63,327 bases of DNA, filler included, from Octopus bimaculoides (GCF_001194135.2; 4 parts of 4 records of this genome joined end to end with filler, not necessarily neighbours in it); one strand, 5' to 3'. Counted from the whole stretch's first letter, positions 50,961-61,559 are shown. Translations and numbers: made by a program. The notes: generated by a model from the sequence alone, not told the origin.

Positions 50961-51354
50961 TGTACACCCGCTTTCCTATATCAAATTCAAAAAGAAGCAA
51001 CGAAACGCTGACTCCGAACTATCAACACAACAATATTTATTAATGGAGGAAAATAGGCATCTTTAATCTTGGTTGCTGAGACTCCTTCTGTGAGAGAGCA
51101 TGGTTGCTGAGACGTTGGAACGTTGGAATGAGCTGTCCCCAGAGTTGGAATGCTGGAGAGACAGCTTGATACGACCATGCTCATGGCCGGCCGGCCGAGA
51201 AAGAGAATGAAAAGAGCGGGAACGTTTTAGATGTTGAATTCCACGCATGCGCATGGGACTCTTCCTGTGTTCCTTCCGGAACTATTCCCTGCGCATGCGT
51301 GGATGAAAACGCAGTAATGGCGACTGTATTTTGGCGCCAAATGACGTCACTACA
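50961..51354 (-). mobile_element. Probable solo LTR
   Basis: TGTA...TACA termini, AATAAA on the minus strand at 51036-51041, promoter-motif-rich 5' part, about 394 bp; no target-site duplication found. Confidence 0.5.
51240..51349. promoter_or_regulatory. Cluster of promoter motifs: two NRF1-like GCGCATGCG sites in a 14-bp inverted repeat, YY1-like ATGGCG, E2F-like palindrome TTTGGCGCCAAA, CRE TGACGTCA
   Basis: Inverted repeat 51240-51253/51290-51303; TTTGGCGCCAAA 51330-51341; TGACGTCA 51342-51349. Confidence 0.45.
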
Positions 51355-51389
51355 CATACGTTTGTGTGAGTATATATATATATATATAT

Positions 51390-51907
51390 GTGGCTGTGTG
51401 GTAAGTAGCTTGCTTACAAACCACATGGTTCTGGGTTCAGTCCCACTGCGTGGCACCTTGAGCAAGTGTCTTCTACTATAGCCTCGGGCCGACCAAAGCC
51501 TTGTGAGTGGATTTGGTAGACGGAAACTGAAAGAAGCCCGTCGTGTATANNNNNNNNNNNNNNNNNNNNNNNNNNNNNNNNNNNNNNNNNNNNNNNNNNN
51601 NNNNNNNNNNNNNNNNNNNNNNNNNNNNNNNNNNNNNNNNNNNNNNNNNNNNNNNNNNNNNNNNNNNNNNNNNNNNNNNNNNNNNNNNNNNNNNNNNNNN
51701 NNNNNNNNNNNNNNNNNNNNNNNNNNNNNNNNNNNNNNNNNNNNNNNNGCTGGTGTGTTTACGTCCCCGTAACTTAGCGGTTCGGCAAAAGATACCGATA
51801 GAATAAGTACTAGGCTTACAAAGAATAAGTCCTGGGGTCGATTTGCTCGACTAAAGGCGGTGCTCCAGCATGGCCGCAGTCAAATGACTGAAACAAGTAA
51901 AAGAGAG
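51390..51907 (+). mobile_element. SINE family B, full length (gap in its internal microsatellite)
   Basis: GTGGCTGTGTGGTAAGTAGCTTGC head; tail GGCGGTGCTCCAGCATGGCCGCAGTCAAATGACTGAAACAAGTAAAAGAG. Confidence 0.93.
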
Positions 51908-51943
<36 letters not shown>

Positions 51944-52310
51944 TACATACATACATACATACATGTATATATATGTGTGTGTGTGTGTGTGTGTATTATA
52001 TAAATGAAAGTGTATGTGCGTATGTGTATGTGTATAACCCCGAGAGGTTCTGAACTGGTGCGTCCTCGAGAAAAACGGATTTCATTTTCGAAATCTGGGT
52101 CTCAAAGAGAAAGTTTTCCGTAAATAATAATCAAAAAACTATAATTTGATACGAGAAATAACCCGACTTTTAGGTCGCTAAATTTCCTTCTCTCTATCTG
52201 TCACATCTGTGTATTTATATCTCTGTCTTTTGCGCTTTCCCTCCTCTCTATATATGTTTACCAGACTCTCTCTTACTTTTTCTCTGTATATGTATATCTC
52301 TCACGCATAC

Positions 52311-52400
<90 letters not shown>

Positions 52401-53445
52401 ATAACGTAATTGCTTTAATTTTGTTTTAAATGTTGCCGCTGTAATGTATTTGTTTCCATTTTGTGATACACAACTATCCCGCAGAAAATGCGAGCTTCCA
52501 AATTTTGTTTTCTCATTGGACAAAAATTATCAAACTTCAAATGTCTGTAATATTTTGCAAAAATTTTTCTCGAATAAATGAATTACAAAATCGGATTCAG
52601 GGTGAAATATTACATTAACATACCAAATTTGAAATTTTTCACTTATATGTGTAACAATAATATTTGTAGTAACAATATGTGTAGCAACAACAGAAAAGAT
52701 CCCATCTCTCTATCTGTCTCTCTGTCTTTTACGCTTTTTCCATTGTAAACTTTCTTCCCCCTTCTCTCTCTCTCTCTCTCTCTCTCTNNNNNNNNNNNNN
52801 NNNNNNNNNNNNNNNNNNNNNNNNNNNNNNNNNNNNNNNNNNNNNNNNNNNNNNNNNNNNNNNNNNNNNNNNNNNNNNNNNNNNNNNNNNNNNNNNNNNN
52901 NNNNNNNNNNNNNNNNNNNNNNNNNNNNNNNNNNNNNNNNNNNNNNNNNNNNNNNNNNNNNNNNNNNNNNNNNNNNNNNNNNNNNNNNNNNNNNNNNNNN
53001 NNNNNNNNNNNNNNNNNNNNNNNNNNNNNNNNNNNNNNNNNNNNNNNNNNNNNNNNNNNNNNNNNNNNNNNNNNNNNNNNNNNNNNNNNNNNNNNNNNNN
53101 NNNNNNNNNNNNNNNNNNNNNNNNNNNNNNNNNNNNNNNNNNNNNNNNNNNNNNNNNNNNNNNATATATATATATATATATATATATATAATGTATATTG
53201 CTCACGCTGAGTGTGTGTACATGTATGTGCGTGTGTATGCATGTGCATAAGGAGTTTCATTAGGGCGACAAAGTCGAATGACCATGAAAATGCATCAGCG
53301 GCGAGCTTAGGAGACGCAGAAGGAATAGACTTGATGATATACAAACACTAGCCTCCGTCGCTCGGTCTCAGGAGACAGCCGAGCATAGGACGCATCGATT
53401 AGATGATAAGCGTACAAGAATCTCCGTCGCACAAACTCAGGAGAC

Positions 53446-53805
53446 GATGTCCCGCTTCATTTCAAACAACTTCTATTTTCAGTGAGTCTTAGTTTAATCA
53501 TGACTATCAACAAATAGCAAGGGCAAACATTTTCGGTTGCTGGTTTACACCTTGAAGATCCCCGCTTGCGTTAGATGTTCAAGAGTAGGAGGTAAGAACA
53601 ACATTTCCATCTATGTACCATATTGAAAAGTAAAAAAAAATTCGTTCATCGTGATGTTATAAATTGCCCCAAATTATGCAGACAACCGTCCTGGTCGAGA
53701 AGCCTATCCGTCGGAGAAAGCATGGTGTGGCATGGAATAAAAAAGAATTGAAACGAAGACATTCTATTGCGAATATTGTCCGGTAACGACGGGCTGCACA
53801 GCTAG
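53446..53805 (+). mobile_element. Helitron 3' end: PIF1-like helicase C-terminal remnant, subterminal hairpin and CTAG terminus
   Basis: DVPLHFKQLLFSVSLSLIMTINK*QGQTFSVAGLHLEDP..CSRVGGKNNISIYVP (compare FKRLQFPVRLAFAMTINKSQGQ..CSRV); hairpin GTCCG-GTAACGA-CGGGC 53778-53794; CTAG 53802-53805 followed by T. Confidence 0.88.
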
Positions 53806-53806
53806 T

Positions 53807-53981
53807 TGTTGTTGGCACTCCGTCGCTTACGACGTCGAGGGTTCCAGTTGATCCGATCAACGGAACAGCCTGCTCGTGAAATTAACGTGCAAGTGGCTGA
53901 GCACTCCACAGACACGTGTACCCTTAACGTAGTTCTCGGGGATATTCAGCGTGACACAGTGTGACAAGGCTGACCCTTTGA
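53807..53981 (-). mobile_element. 5'-truncated SINE family C with a 9-bp TSD, inserted at the Helitron terminus
   Basis: ACAGCTAGT at 53798-53806 and 53982-53990; (CAA)n tail. Confidence 0.9.
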
Positions 53982-54224
53982 ACAGCTAGTATATAGTAGG
54001 CAAAAACTGTACGCAGGTACACAAAATGAGTGTTCAGACTAAAGTAAGTAGCAGAATCTCTGACATCAAGGTCAGGGATACAGGATACTCTGAAATAAGA
54101 ATTGGCCGTCGGTCATCTAGTGGTTGATGTGATGTAGATATAATAGAACAAAATATGGACAGACAAATGCAAGGCATCAAATCAATTTATAACATATTTA
54201 TGAAATATACTGAAGAAAGAACAA

Positions 54225-54292
<68 letters not shown>

Positions 54293-54653
54293 GTGTGTGT
54301 GTGCGTGTGTGTGTGTGTGTGTGTGTGCGTGTGTGTGTGTAAGGAAATCAGGAAAGATTCGGATGGTGGAAGTTCGTTGTGATTCCATGCAGACAGAATC
54401 ATTCCAGGATAAGGAACAAAAGAATTTAAATGGTCTTTAGAGCTGATTTGATCTAGATAGATAAGTAAAATCCATGGAATCCGCGAAGAAAAACTCGCAA
54501 ATGGTGGGCAGGAAAGGTGGGTTTTGTTTTATAAATTCGTTATAAATTGATTTGATACCTCGAAACTGAAACTGCATGTTCATATTTTGTTATATGTATA
54601 CATTCATAAATGTATATATATATGGAATAATTACTGTGAAGCATTGTGTAGAA

Positions 54654-54944
54654 TATATCGTATAAAGGATCGTGGATAAGGCCAGAACAATGTGAAGTAA
54701 ATGCAAGGCAAATCACAAGAACACAAATATATGAATTAACGTAGACTAATCTTGCATTCAATATTTCGGTGTCCCCATATTCAAATCGGCAACTTTCGTT
54801 AATTTCTTGAAAATGGGGTCATAACACCGAAATATTGAATGCAAAGTAAGTCTACGTTAATTCATATATTTATTTTCTTGTGATTTGCCTTGCATTTACT
54901 TCGCATTCTTTTGGCCTTACCCACGATCCTTTATACAATATATA
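54654..54944. mobile_element. Foldback MITE, ~120-bp inverted arms
   Basis: 54654-54772 is the near-perfect reverse complement of 54824-54944; TA-rich ends. Confidence 0.88.
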
Positions 54945-55303
54945 NNNNNNNNNNNNNNNNNNNNNNNNNNNNNNNNNNNNNNNNNNNNNNNNNNNNNNNN
55001 NNNNNNNNNNNNNNNNNNNNNNNNNNNNNNNNNNNNNNNNNNNNNNNNNNNNNNNNNNNNNNNNNNNNNNNNNNNNNNNNNNNNNNNNNNNNNNNNNNNN
55101 NNNNNNNNNNNNNNNNNNNNNNNNNNNNNNNNNNNNNNNNNNNNNNNNNNNNNNNNNNNNNNNNNNNNNNNNNNNNNNNNNNNNNNNNNNNNNNNNNNNN
55201 NNNNNNNNNNNNNNNNNNNNNNNNNNNNNNNNNNNNNNNNNNNNNNNNNNNNNNNNNNNNNNNNNNNNNNNNNNNNNNNNNNNNNNNNNNNNNNNNNNNN
55301 NNN

Positions 55304-55356
<53 letters not shown>

Positions 55357-56224
55357 TACATGTATGTATATAGAGTGTCCATTCGCTTTAGTTCAATATG
55401 TATGTGTCCATTTGTGCCCCTTTGCGTCCCGTTGCCTAACAGTTTATCAAAAAGAGATTGCTGAAAATCGTTACTAAGCATCATGGACTAAAAATTTTCG
55501 AAGGTGATTGAACAGAAAGTTGACCATATGTGTGTCATCAGCAGTTTACGAACTTACCTAGAACATGTCAATAGTGAACAGCGTCTTAGATTCATTGTCT
55601 CCAGTACAAATGTAGATTAAGATATATGTAATGCATAGAGAAAAATCCTTCGCTATAGCATTCTGTTATCCAGTCATATACGCATACTGAACGATTTGCT
55701 GATATACGCATATTAAATGAGTTTGCTATTGAACGATTTGCTTGCTTACTCACCCCAATGAAACATTTGATCTTAAATAATTAATACAAAGAATAAAGTA
55801 TCGATGTAAAGAAAAAATCACTAACATAGCTGATTAGAAGGGTAAATTGAAATATAGAATAAACTGAGCCAAATGAAATAAGCCATATAACAATAAATAA
55901 TCCTTCTAGAAAAATAATCCATTCCGTATGATTATTTAGTACGACATAAACAATGAAAAACTATCTGTTAAAATGAAACATTCATTTAAAATGAAACATT
56001 CATTTAAAATGAAAAATCTTTGCTTTGAATAATACATTAATATGGTATAACATAAGTACAAAGATTGTGAAGGCCAATACATGTTAAAAACACGGAAGTA
56101 GATGAGCTGCTCATTTAAAATGAAATTAGTTTAAAGCTGAGTAGCAAAAATGAAATATCTTCTTAAAACAATATGTAGCAACAATAGGCATTAAAAAGCA
56201 TCCGCTCAAAGAATTAAGACTTAC

Positions 56225-56370
56225 TCTGCAAACTGGAAACGTCCTTACATTGAAAACATCCAAAGCCTTTGATATCCTGCACTGTCAGACAAGGTTCATC
56301 TTCAACACCCGCATAAATAATCTGCATCAATCTGCTTAGATGACACATTACTTTTAGGACAACAATAAGC
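56225..56370 (-). other. Possible 146-nt exon (host or cryptic)
   Basis: TCTTTTCGCAG acceptor, GTAAGT donor, one open frame LIVVLKVMCH..GFGCFQCKDVSSLQ. However, the opposite strand has RT-like words SKAFD and DPSDFRPV, so it may be an antisense LINE relic. Confidence 0.25.
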
Positions 56371-58144
56371 CTGCGAAAAGACTAAGAGATGACCCATCTG
56401 ACTTTCGTCCCGTCCCTTGTTTACATGCTAATTCATAAATGGAAACAGAAAATGCGTCCAACAGGTCACTGCTTACTGAACTGCTCCACTGATTCTAATC
56501 CCTTTATTTGGTATGCCTACCTTCAAAAGCACTGTCCAGAGACATAGAAGTGGCGTTTCGAAATAAGTGTATCATGTAAATCCGAGGGTGCACCGTTGAA
56601 TAGTGAGGGGACAGTATGGTGAATTTATGTACTAAAAGCTCTGGACAGTTACCAATATGTCCAAGGTTTGCTTATACTGTTATTGGTTAGCTATAAAGTC
56701 AAGAGTGGACTCTCTGCTCAAAACACTTTTAAAATATGTAATCTAACATTTCCAAAGTCTTTTACTATCGTTTAACAATGTTTTTGATACTAGCGTGAAG
56801 TTATCATATTTGAATGAAGTGATAAAACTCGTTTTAACAGAATTTCCGCGTGCAATAAGTGATTGCAGTCTTTTAACCCTTTAGCATTCAGATTAGTTTG
56901 TCAAATATATTCCTTATCTATTGACATTGTTTTGAATTAGTCATACATTATGCTGTAGCTTTGAGATTTGGAATGATACGTTTGTGTACTTTTAGAATGA
57001 CACTTTGGTCAGTTTTAACACAAAACAGATAGAATATTTGGGACTGATATGGCCGGTTTCAATGCTAAGGGTTTAAAGCTATGTTGCATTTATTGCTCTC
57101 TCTCTTCTCACTTTCTTTCTCTCTGATTTTGAAACTGAATAATAATGATATACATACATATATACATACATACATACATACATACATACATACATGTGAA
57201 TGTCAGCGATAGGAAGCCCTACGCTAGGGAAAGAGAGTACTGTGGTTCACGCAGTGCTGGTGAAAGGTAGTGTTTCTTTTTGACTCCGCGTGTGTTGGGC
57301 TTAAAAACGTGTTTATATTCTTGAATGTGATAAAGTGTAGAATTAGATAATTATCCTGCTTCCAGCTACAATGTTGCTGCCAGGATTTGAAAAATAGGGC
57401 AGATTTTTCCCCACTTATTTTGTGATTTAGTGGGGATATTTGAAAAACAAGGGGGGAATTCGCGGCGGTGTTCAGTGAACAAATTAAACACACTGCCCGA
57501 TCAAGTTTATGTATAGAAAATTTTCTTTTTATATGTTTGTTTCCTTTTACACAAGATTAAAACATTGGCTAGAAATTTTCTGAAGTAACACTCCAACTAA
57601 TTTTATCTACGAGCCGCCACTACTGGGGATATACACTGAGATTCTGGTCACATGGTGCTTAATATCAAACCAACTACGTGGATCTGGATTTCTAATTTCT
57701 CGCAGAGAGTGAAATCAATTAAAATAGCTAATAGCCATATAATACATTCTTATCTTATTTCACATCACGACTTTAGTACTTTAAACGCGTAAATATGCTT
57801 TAGTGTACAGAATTTAACTGCTCTACTCTGTTGCTAAATGACTAATTTCTTAACGGTCAGCAAACTAACAGCAAACGGTAATTATTTCACCCTTACGTGA
57901 TCTATGACCTCGATGTGAGGTACAACGAGGTCATTCAATAGTTTTCTTTATTATGAAAGAAGTTGGTTGTAATGTAATTGTGTTTTTATGCACCAGGCTT
58001 CTTTTCTGTCTGTCAAATTAGTTTCAATTATGGCTTTGGAAAGTTTCCCCGAGGTTAAATATGCAAATTAGTGCTAACGTATTTTAGGGCAGAGAACATT
58101 TTTAAAATGATTAGAAATTATGTTCTGAAAGGAAAGAAAAGCAA

Positions 58145-58805
58145 TATTCTTTTCTACTCTAGGAACAAGGCCCGAAATTTTCGGGGAGGGGGAAATCTAT
58201 TAGACCGACCCCAGTACGCAACTGGTACTTAATTTGTCGACCCCGAAAGGATGAAAGGAAAAGTCGACCTCGGCAGAAACTGAACTCAGGCGGCGAGCTG
58301 GCAGAAACGTTAGCACGCCGGGCGAAATGCTTAGCGGTATTTCGTCTGTCTTTACGTTCTGTGTTCAAATTCCGCCGAGGTCGACTTTGCCTTTCATCCT
58401 TTCGGGGTCGATAAATTAAGTACCAGTTTCGCTCTGGGGTCGATGTAATCGACTNNNNNNNNNNCGACTTAATCCCTTTGTCTGTCCTTGTTTGTCCCCT
58501 CTATGTTTAGCCCCTTGTGGGCAATAACGAAATAGGTATTTCGTCTGCCGTTACGTTCTGGGTTCAAATTCCATCGAGGTCGACTTTGCCTTTCATCCTT
58601 TCGGGGTCGATAAATTAAGTACCAGTTTCGCTCTGGGGTCGATGTAATCGACTTAACTCCTTTGTCTGTCCTTGTTTGTCCCCTCTATGTTTAGCCCCTT
58701 GTAGGCAATAAAAGAATAAGAAACTGAACTTAGAACGTAAAGACAGACGAAACACCACTAAACATTTCGCCCGGCGTGCTAACATTTCTGCCAGCTCGCC
58801 GCCTT
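58145..58805. mobile_element. Nested SINE A cluster: a minus-strand host split at its B-box by a plus-strand SINE A dimer (58289-58718)
   Basis: 15-bp TSD AGAAACTGAACT(C/T)AG at 58275-58289 and 58719-58733; monomers 58289-58533 and 58534-58718. Confidence 0.9.
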
Positions 58806-59927
58806 GGAAAGAAAAGCAATATTAGCGAATGACTAATATTATTTGAGCTAATTCCGTTATTTCCAGTCACTCGCACTGGCACTCACTCGCTTAGGCTGTC
58901 ACTCTTACAGTAATTTTGTGAACGCTTATAAGTTTATATATCAGGACTGATCCTTCACCTCAGACACTCAGGTGCCTATTATTTTCCTTGGTATCTTGTT
59001 TTTTATTCTTTTACTATTCATCTTTTATACAGTTTCTGTTTAAGACCCTTACCCTAAGATCATTTTCGTTTGGTGGTCTTAGTAGTGCAAACAAGGTGAG
59101 GTATACTTCGTTTCTACAGACGGTGACCACGTAATCTATCAGCTTTCCTGCACATTTTTTTCTCTCTTTTAATTATTACAACAGAAGATAACTCAGGAAA
59201 TGCTTCTTTCTTGAGAATTCGCCAAAGCATAGACTTCACCATACCACTAAAGCAATGATGAAATAATCACTAATTAGATGTACAATATTGTACAAGTGTA
59301 GGAGTGAAAATTAGCATATTTTAGGTAATAAATCAGTGGGATAGTAATAGACTATATGTTTTAATATTCGAGGGCAGAAAACGCTTTTGTGTCGGACTTG
59401 ACATCAGGAGTTCAGAAAGCGCATACGGATGTAAAATACTAGACCTTTTAAAAAGAAAGCATTCATTTTGCTGTGTTAGCAAAACTCCGAGTCCTGAAGC
59501 AAAGCTCCAAGTCCTGAAGGAGATCAGACAGAGTGCATCCTACAGGGTGCTGTTGCGGCAGTAATCTGTCTTCTGTGATGTAATGCTTTCGATGACCCAT
59601 ACCTCTTACACAGACCCTTAACAGACGTTTCTTGTCGGTTATAAGTGATGCGTGTACTTTTATGCATCAAGTGCCTATATGAGACGTTCTCTCAAGGAGG
59701 CTAATTCCTGTGTCCTTTGTAAACATAAGGACACAGGAAATGTGTCAAGACTGACAGGAAGCGGTGCTTCTTAGGGATAAATAGCAGTAGTATTATTCCA
59801 TTTCATGGGACTGTCACACTGAGTTGACAACATACCACCACTTTATAGTGTTACTACTGTATAAATATCTCTAAGAGATTTAGAAATGTATTATTTCTAT
59901 TATATATATATATATATATATATATAT

Positions 59928-60027
59928 NNNNNNNNNNNNNNNNNNNNNNNNNNNNNNNNNNNNNNNNNNNNTTAATTAATTAANNNNNNNNNNNNNNNNN
60001 NNNNNNNNNNNNNNNNNNNNNNNNNNN
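59928..60027. other. Artificial 100-bp scaffold join
   Basis: N44-TTAATTAATTAA-N44; it truncates the candidate exon at 60028. Confidence 0.95.
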
Positions 60028-60235
60028 CAACCTTTTCAGTTGGGGCTGGAAGTCCTGGTTGTGGGCAAACAGCTTCTGCAGACGGGGTTGAAAGTCCTGA
60101 TTCTCTGCAAAGAGCTGGTGCAGTCGGGGGTTCGCCGTTAGTAGACTCTTCAGCTCGTTCATCCCCATTTTTGCGGCCCGCGATAACAGGTTCTCCAAAG
60201 CAGCCAATCCGTACTGGAGAGAGGCAGGGTTGGTC
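60028..60235 (-). CDS. Candidate internal coding exon of an unidentified host gene, with a 14-aa tandem repeat (partial, runs into a gap)
   Basis: Branch-like TACTTAAC (60268-60261), pyrimidine tract, TTCAG|G acceptor; frame TNPASLQYGLAALENLLSRAAKMGMNELKSLLTANPR-LHQLFAENQDFQPR-LQKLFAHNQDFQPQ-LKRL. The two 42-nt units differ by five synonymous third-position changes in this frame. Confidence 0.72.
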
Positions 60236-60381
60236 CTGAATAGAAGAGAGAGAAAACGGGGTTAAGTAACGTTTATGCATAATGTGGTGGGGAAGGAGAT
60301 AGATGGGTAAGGGGAGAGGAAGAGAAAAGGAAGGGGAGAAGAGAGAGAGAGAGAGAGAAAGAAAGGTCAAGTAAACATTTA

Positions 60382-60534
60382 CATCATCATCATTTAATGT
60401 CTCTTGTCCATGCTGGTATGGGTTGGACAGTTTGACAGAAGACTATTCCAAGCTCCGCTGGCTACTTGGCATGGTTTCTATGGCTGGATGCCAACCACTG
60501 TACAGAGTGCATTGGGTGCTTTTTATGTGGCACC
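60382..60534 (-). mobile_element. 3' end of an RTE-like non-LTR element or derived SINE with (GAT)n tail
   Basis: CATCATCATCATTTAATGTC..CCATGCTGGTATGGGTTGGACAG..GGCTGGATGCC..GTGGCACC; short-repeat tail typical of RTE-type ends (family assignment from recall). Confidence 0.55.
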
Positions 60535-60591
60535 AAATTGAAAAATCCGAAGATTCAGAAAAATTATATTACATATATATAAGAGGGTTTA

Positions 60592-60798
60592 CCACTAAGT
60601 GTACATTCGTTTTGCTAGAAGTAGACCACCTATGGGTCTGACCACTAAGAAAAGATTGTTCTCAAGAAAATTCAGCAAATACCAGAATATTGTTATATTT
60701 CGGGATGGTGTTTGCTGAGTTTTCTTGAGAACAGTCTTTTCTTAGTGGTCAGACCCATAGGGGATCTACTTCTAGCAAAATGGCTGTCCACTTAGTGG
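60592..60798. mobile_element. Foldback MITE, ~93-bp inverted arms (right end in a gap)
   Basis: 60592-60684 pairs with 60706-60798. Confidence 0.85.
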
Positions 60799-61329
60799 AC
60801 NNNNNNNNNNNNNNNNNNNNNNNNNNNNNNNNNNNNNNNNNNNNNNNNNNNNNNNNNNNNNNNNNNNNNNNNNNNNNNNNNNNNNNNNNNNNNNNNNNNN
60901 NNNNNNNNNNNNNNNNNNNNNNNNNNNNNNNNNNNNNNNNNNNNNNNNNNNNNNNNNNNNNNNNNNNNNNNNNNNNNNNNNNNNNNNNNNNNNNNNNNNN
61001 NNNNNNNNNNNNNNNNNNNNNNNNNNNNNNNNNNNNNNNNNNNNNNNNNNNNNNNNNNNNNNNNNNNNNNNNNNNNNNNNNNNNNNNNNNNNNNNNNNNN
61101 NNNNNNNNNNNNNNNNNNNNNNNNNNNNNNNNNNNNNNNNNNNNNNNNNNNNNNNNNNNNNNNNNNNNNNNNNNNNNNNNNNNNNNNNNNNNNNNNNNNN
61201 NNNNNNNNNNNNNNNNNNNNNNNNNNNNNNNNNNNNNNNNNNNNNNNNNNNNNNNNNNNNNNNNNNNNNNNNNNNNNNNNNNNNNNNNNNNNNNNNNNNN
61301 NNNNNNNNNNNNNNNNNNNNNNNNNNNNN

Positions 61330-61545
61330 AAAAGAAATAGCAGCCGGACACACGTGACCAAGGCTGTGTAAAGAGAAAGAGTAGCAGAGGGAAAAGAAGG
61401 GGAGGAAGTAGAATAAAAGTGAGCAACGAGAGGTAGAGAGGGAGAGAGAGATAGTAGTAGTAACGGTGAGTGGCGAATATATGATGAGAATCGTTCGTTG
61501 TCCGAGAAAGACGGTTTTGCAATTCCTTGGTGAACGACCTGCACA
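61330..61545. mobile_element. Second copy of the purine-rich repeat seen at 40380-40500
   Basis: GTGACCA..GTGTAA..GGAGGAAGTAGAA..GTGAGCAACGAGAGG is shared. Confidence 0.6.
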
Positions 61546-61559
61546 AGTCGTTTGTTTGT

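Noticed and set aside
51330-51341. TGGCGCC as a tRNA-Lys primer-binding site
   Set aside because: It lies inside the putative LTR rather than just after its CA end, and it is part of a palindrome
57916-57922. TGAGGTA as let-7
   Set aside because: Only the seed matches; the rest of the mature sequence and the precursor hairpin are absent
59705-59739. Hairpins at 59705 and 35909 as pre-miRNAs
   Set aside because: The stems do not extend to the ~30-bp length needed for Drosha/Dicer processing
59972-60370. 132-aa ORF frame (..DQPCLSPVRIG..) as the real reading frame
   Set aside because: Its N-terminal part is intronic pyrimidine tract, and the repeat-unit differences are synonymous only in the other frame
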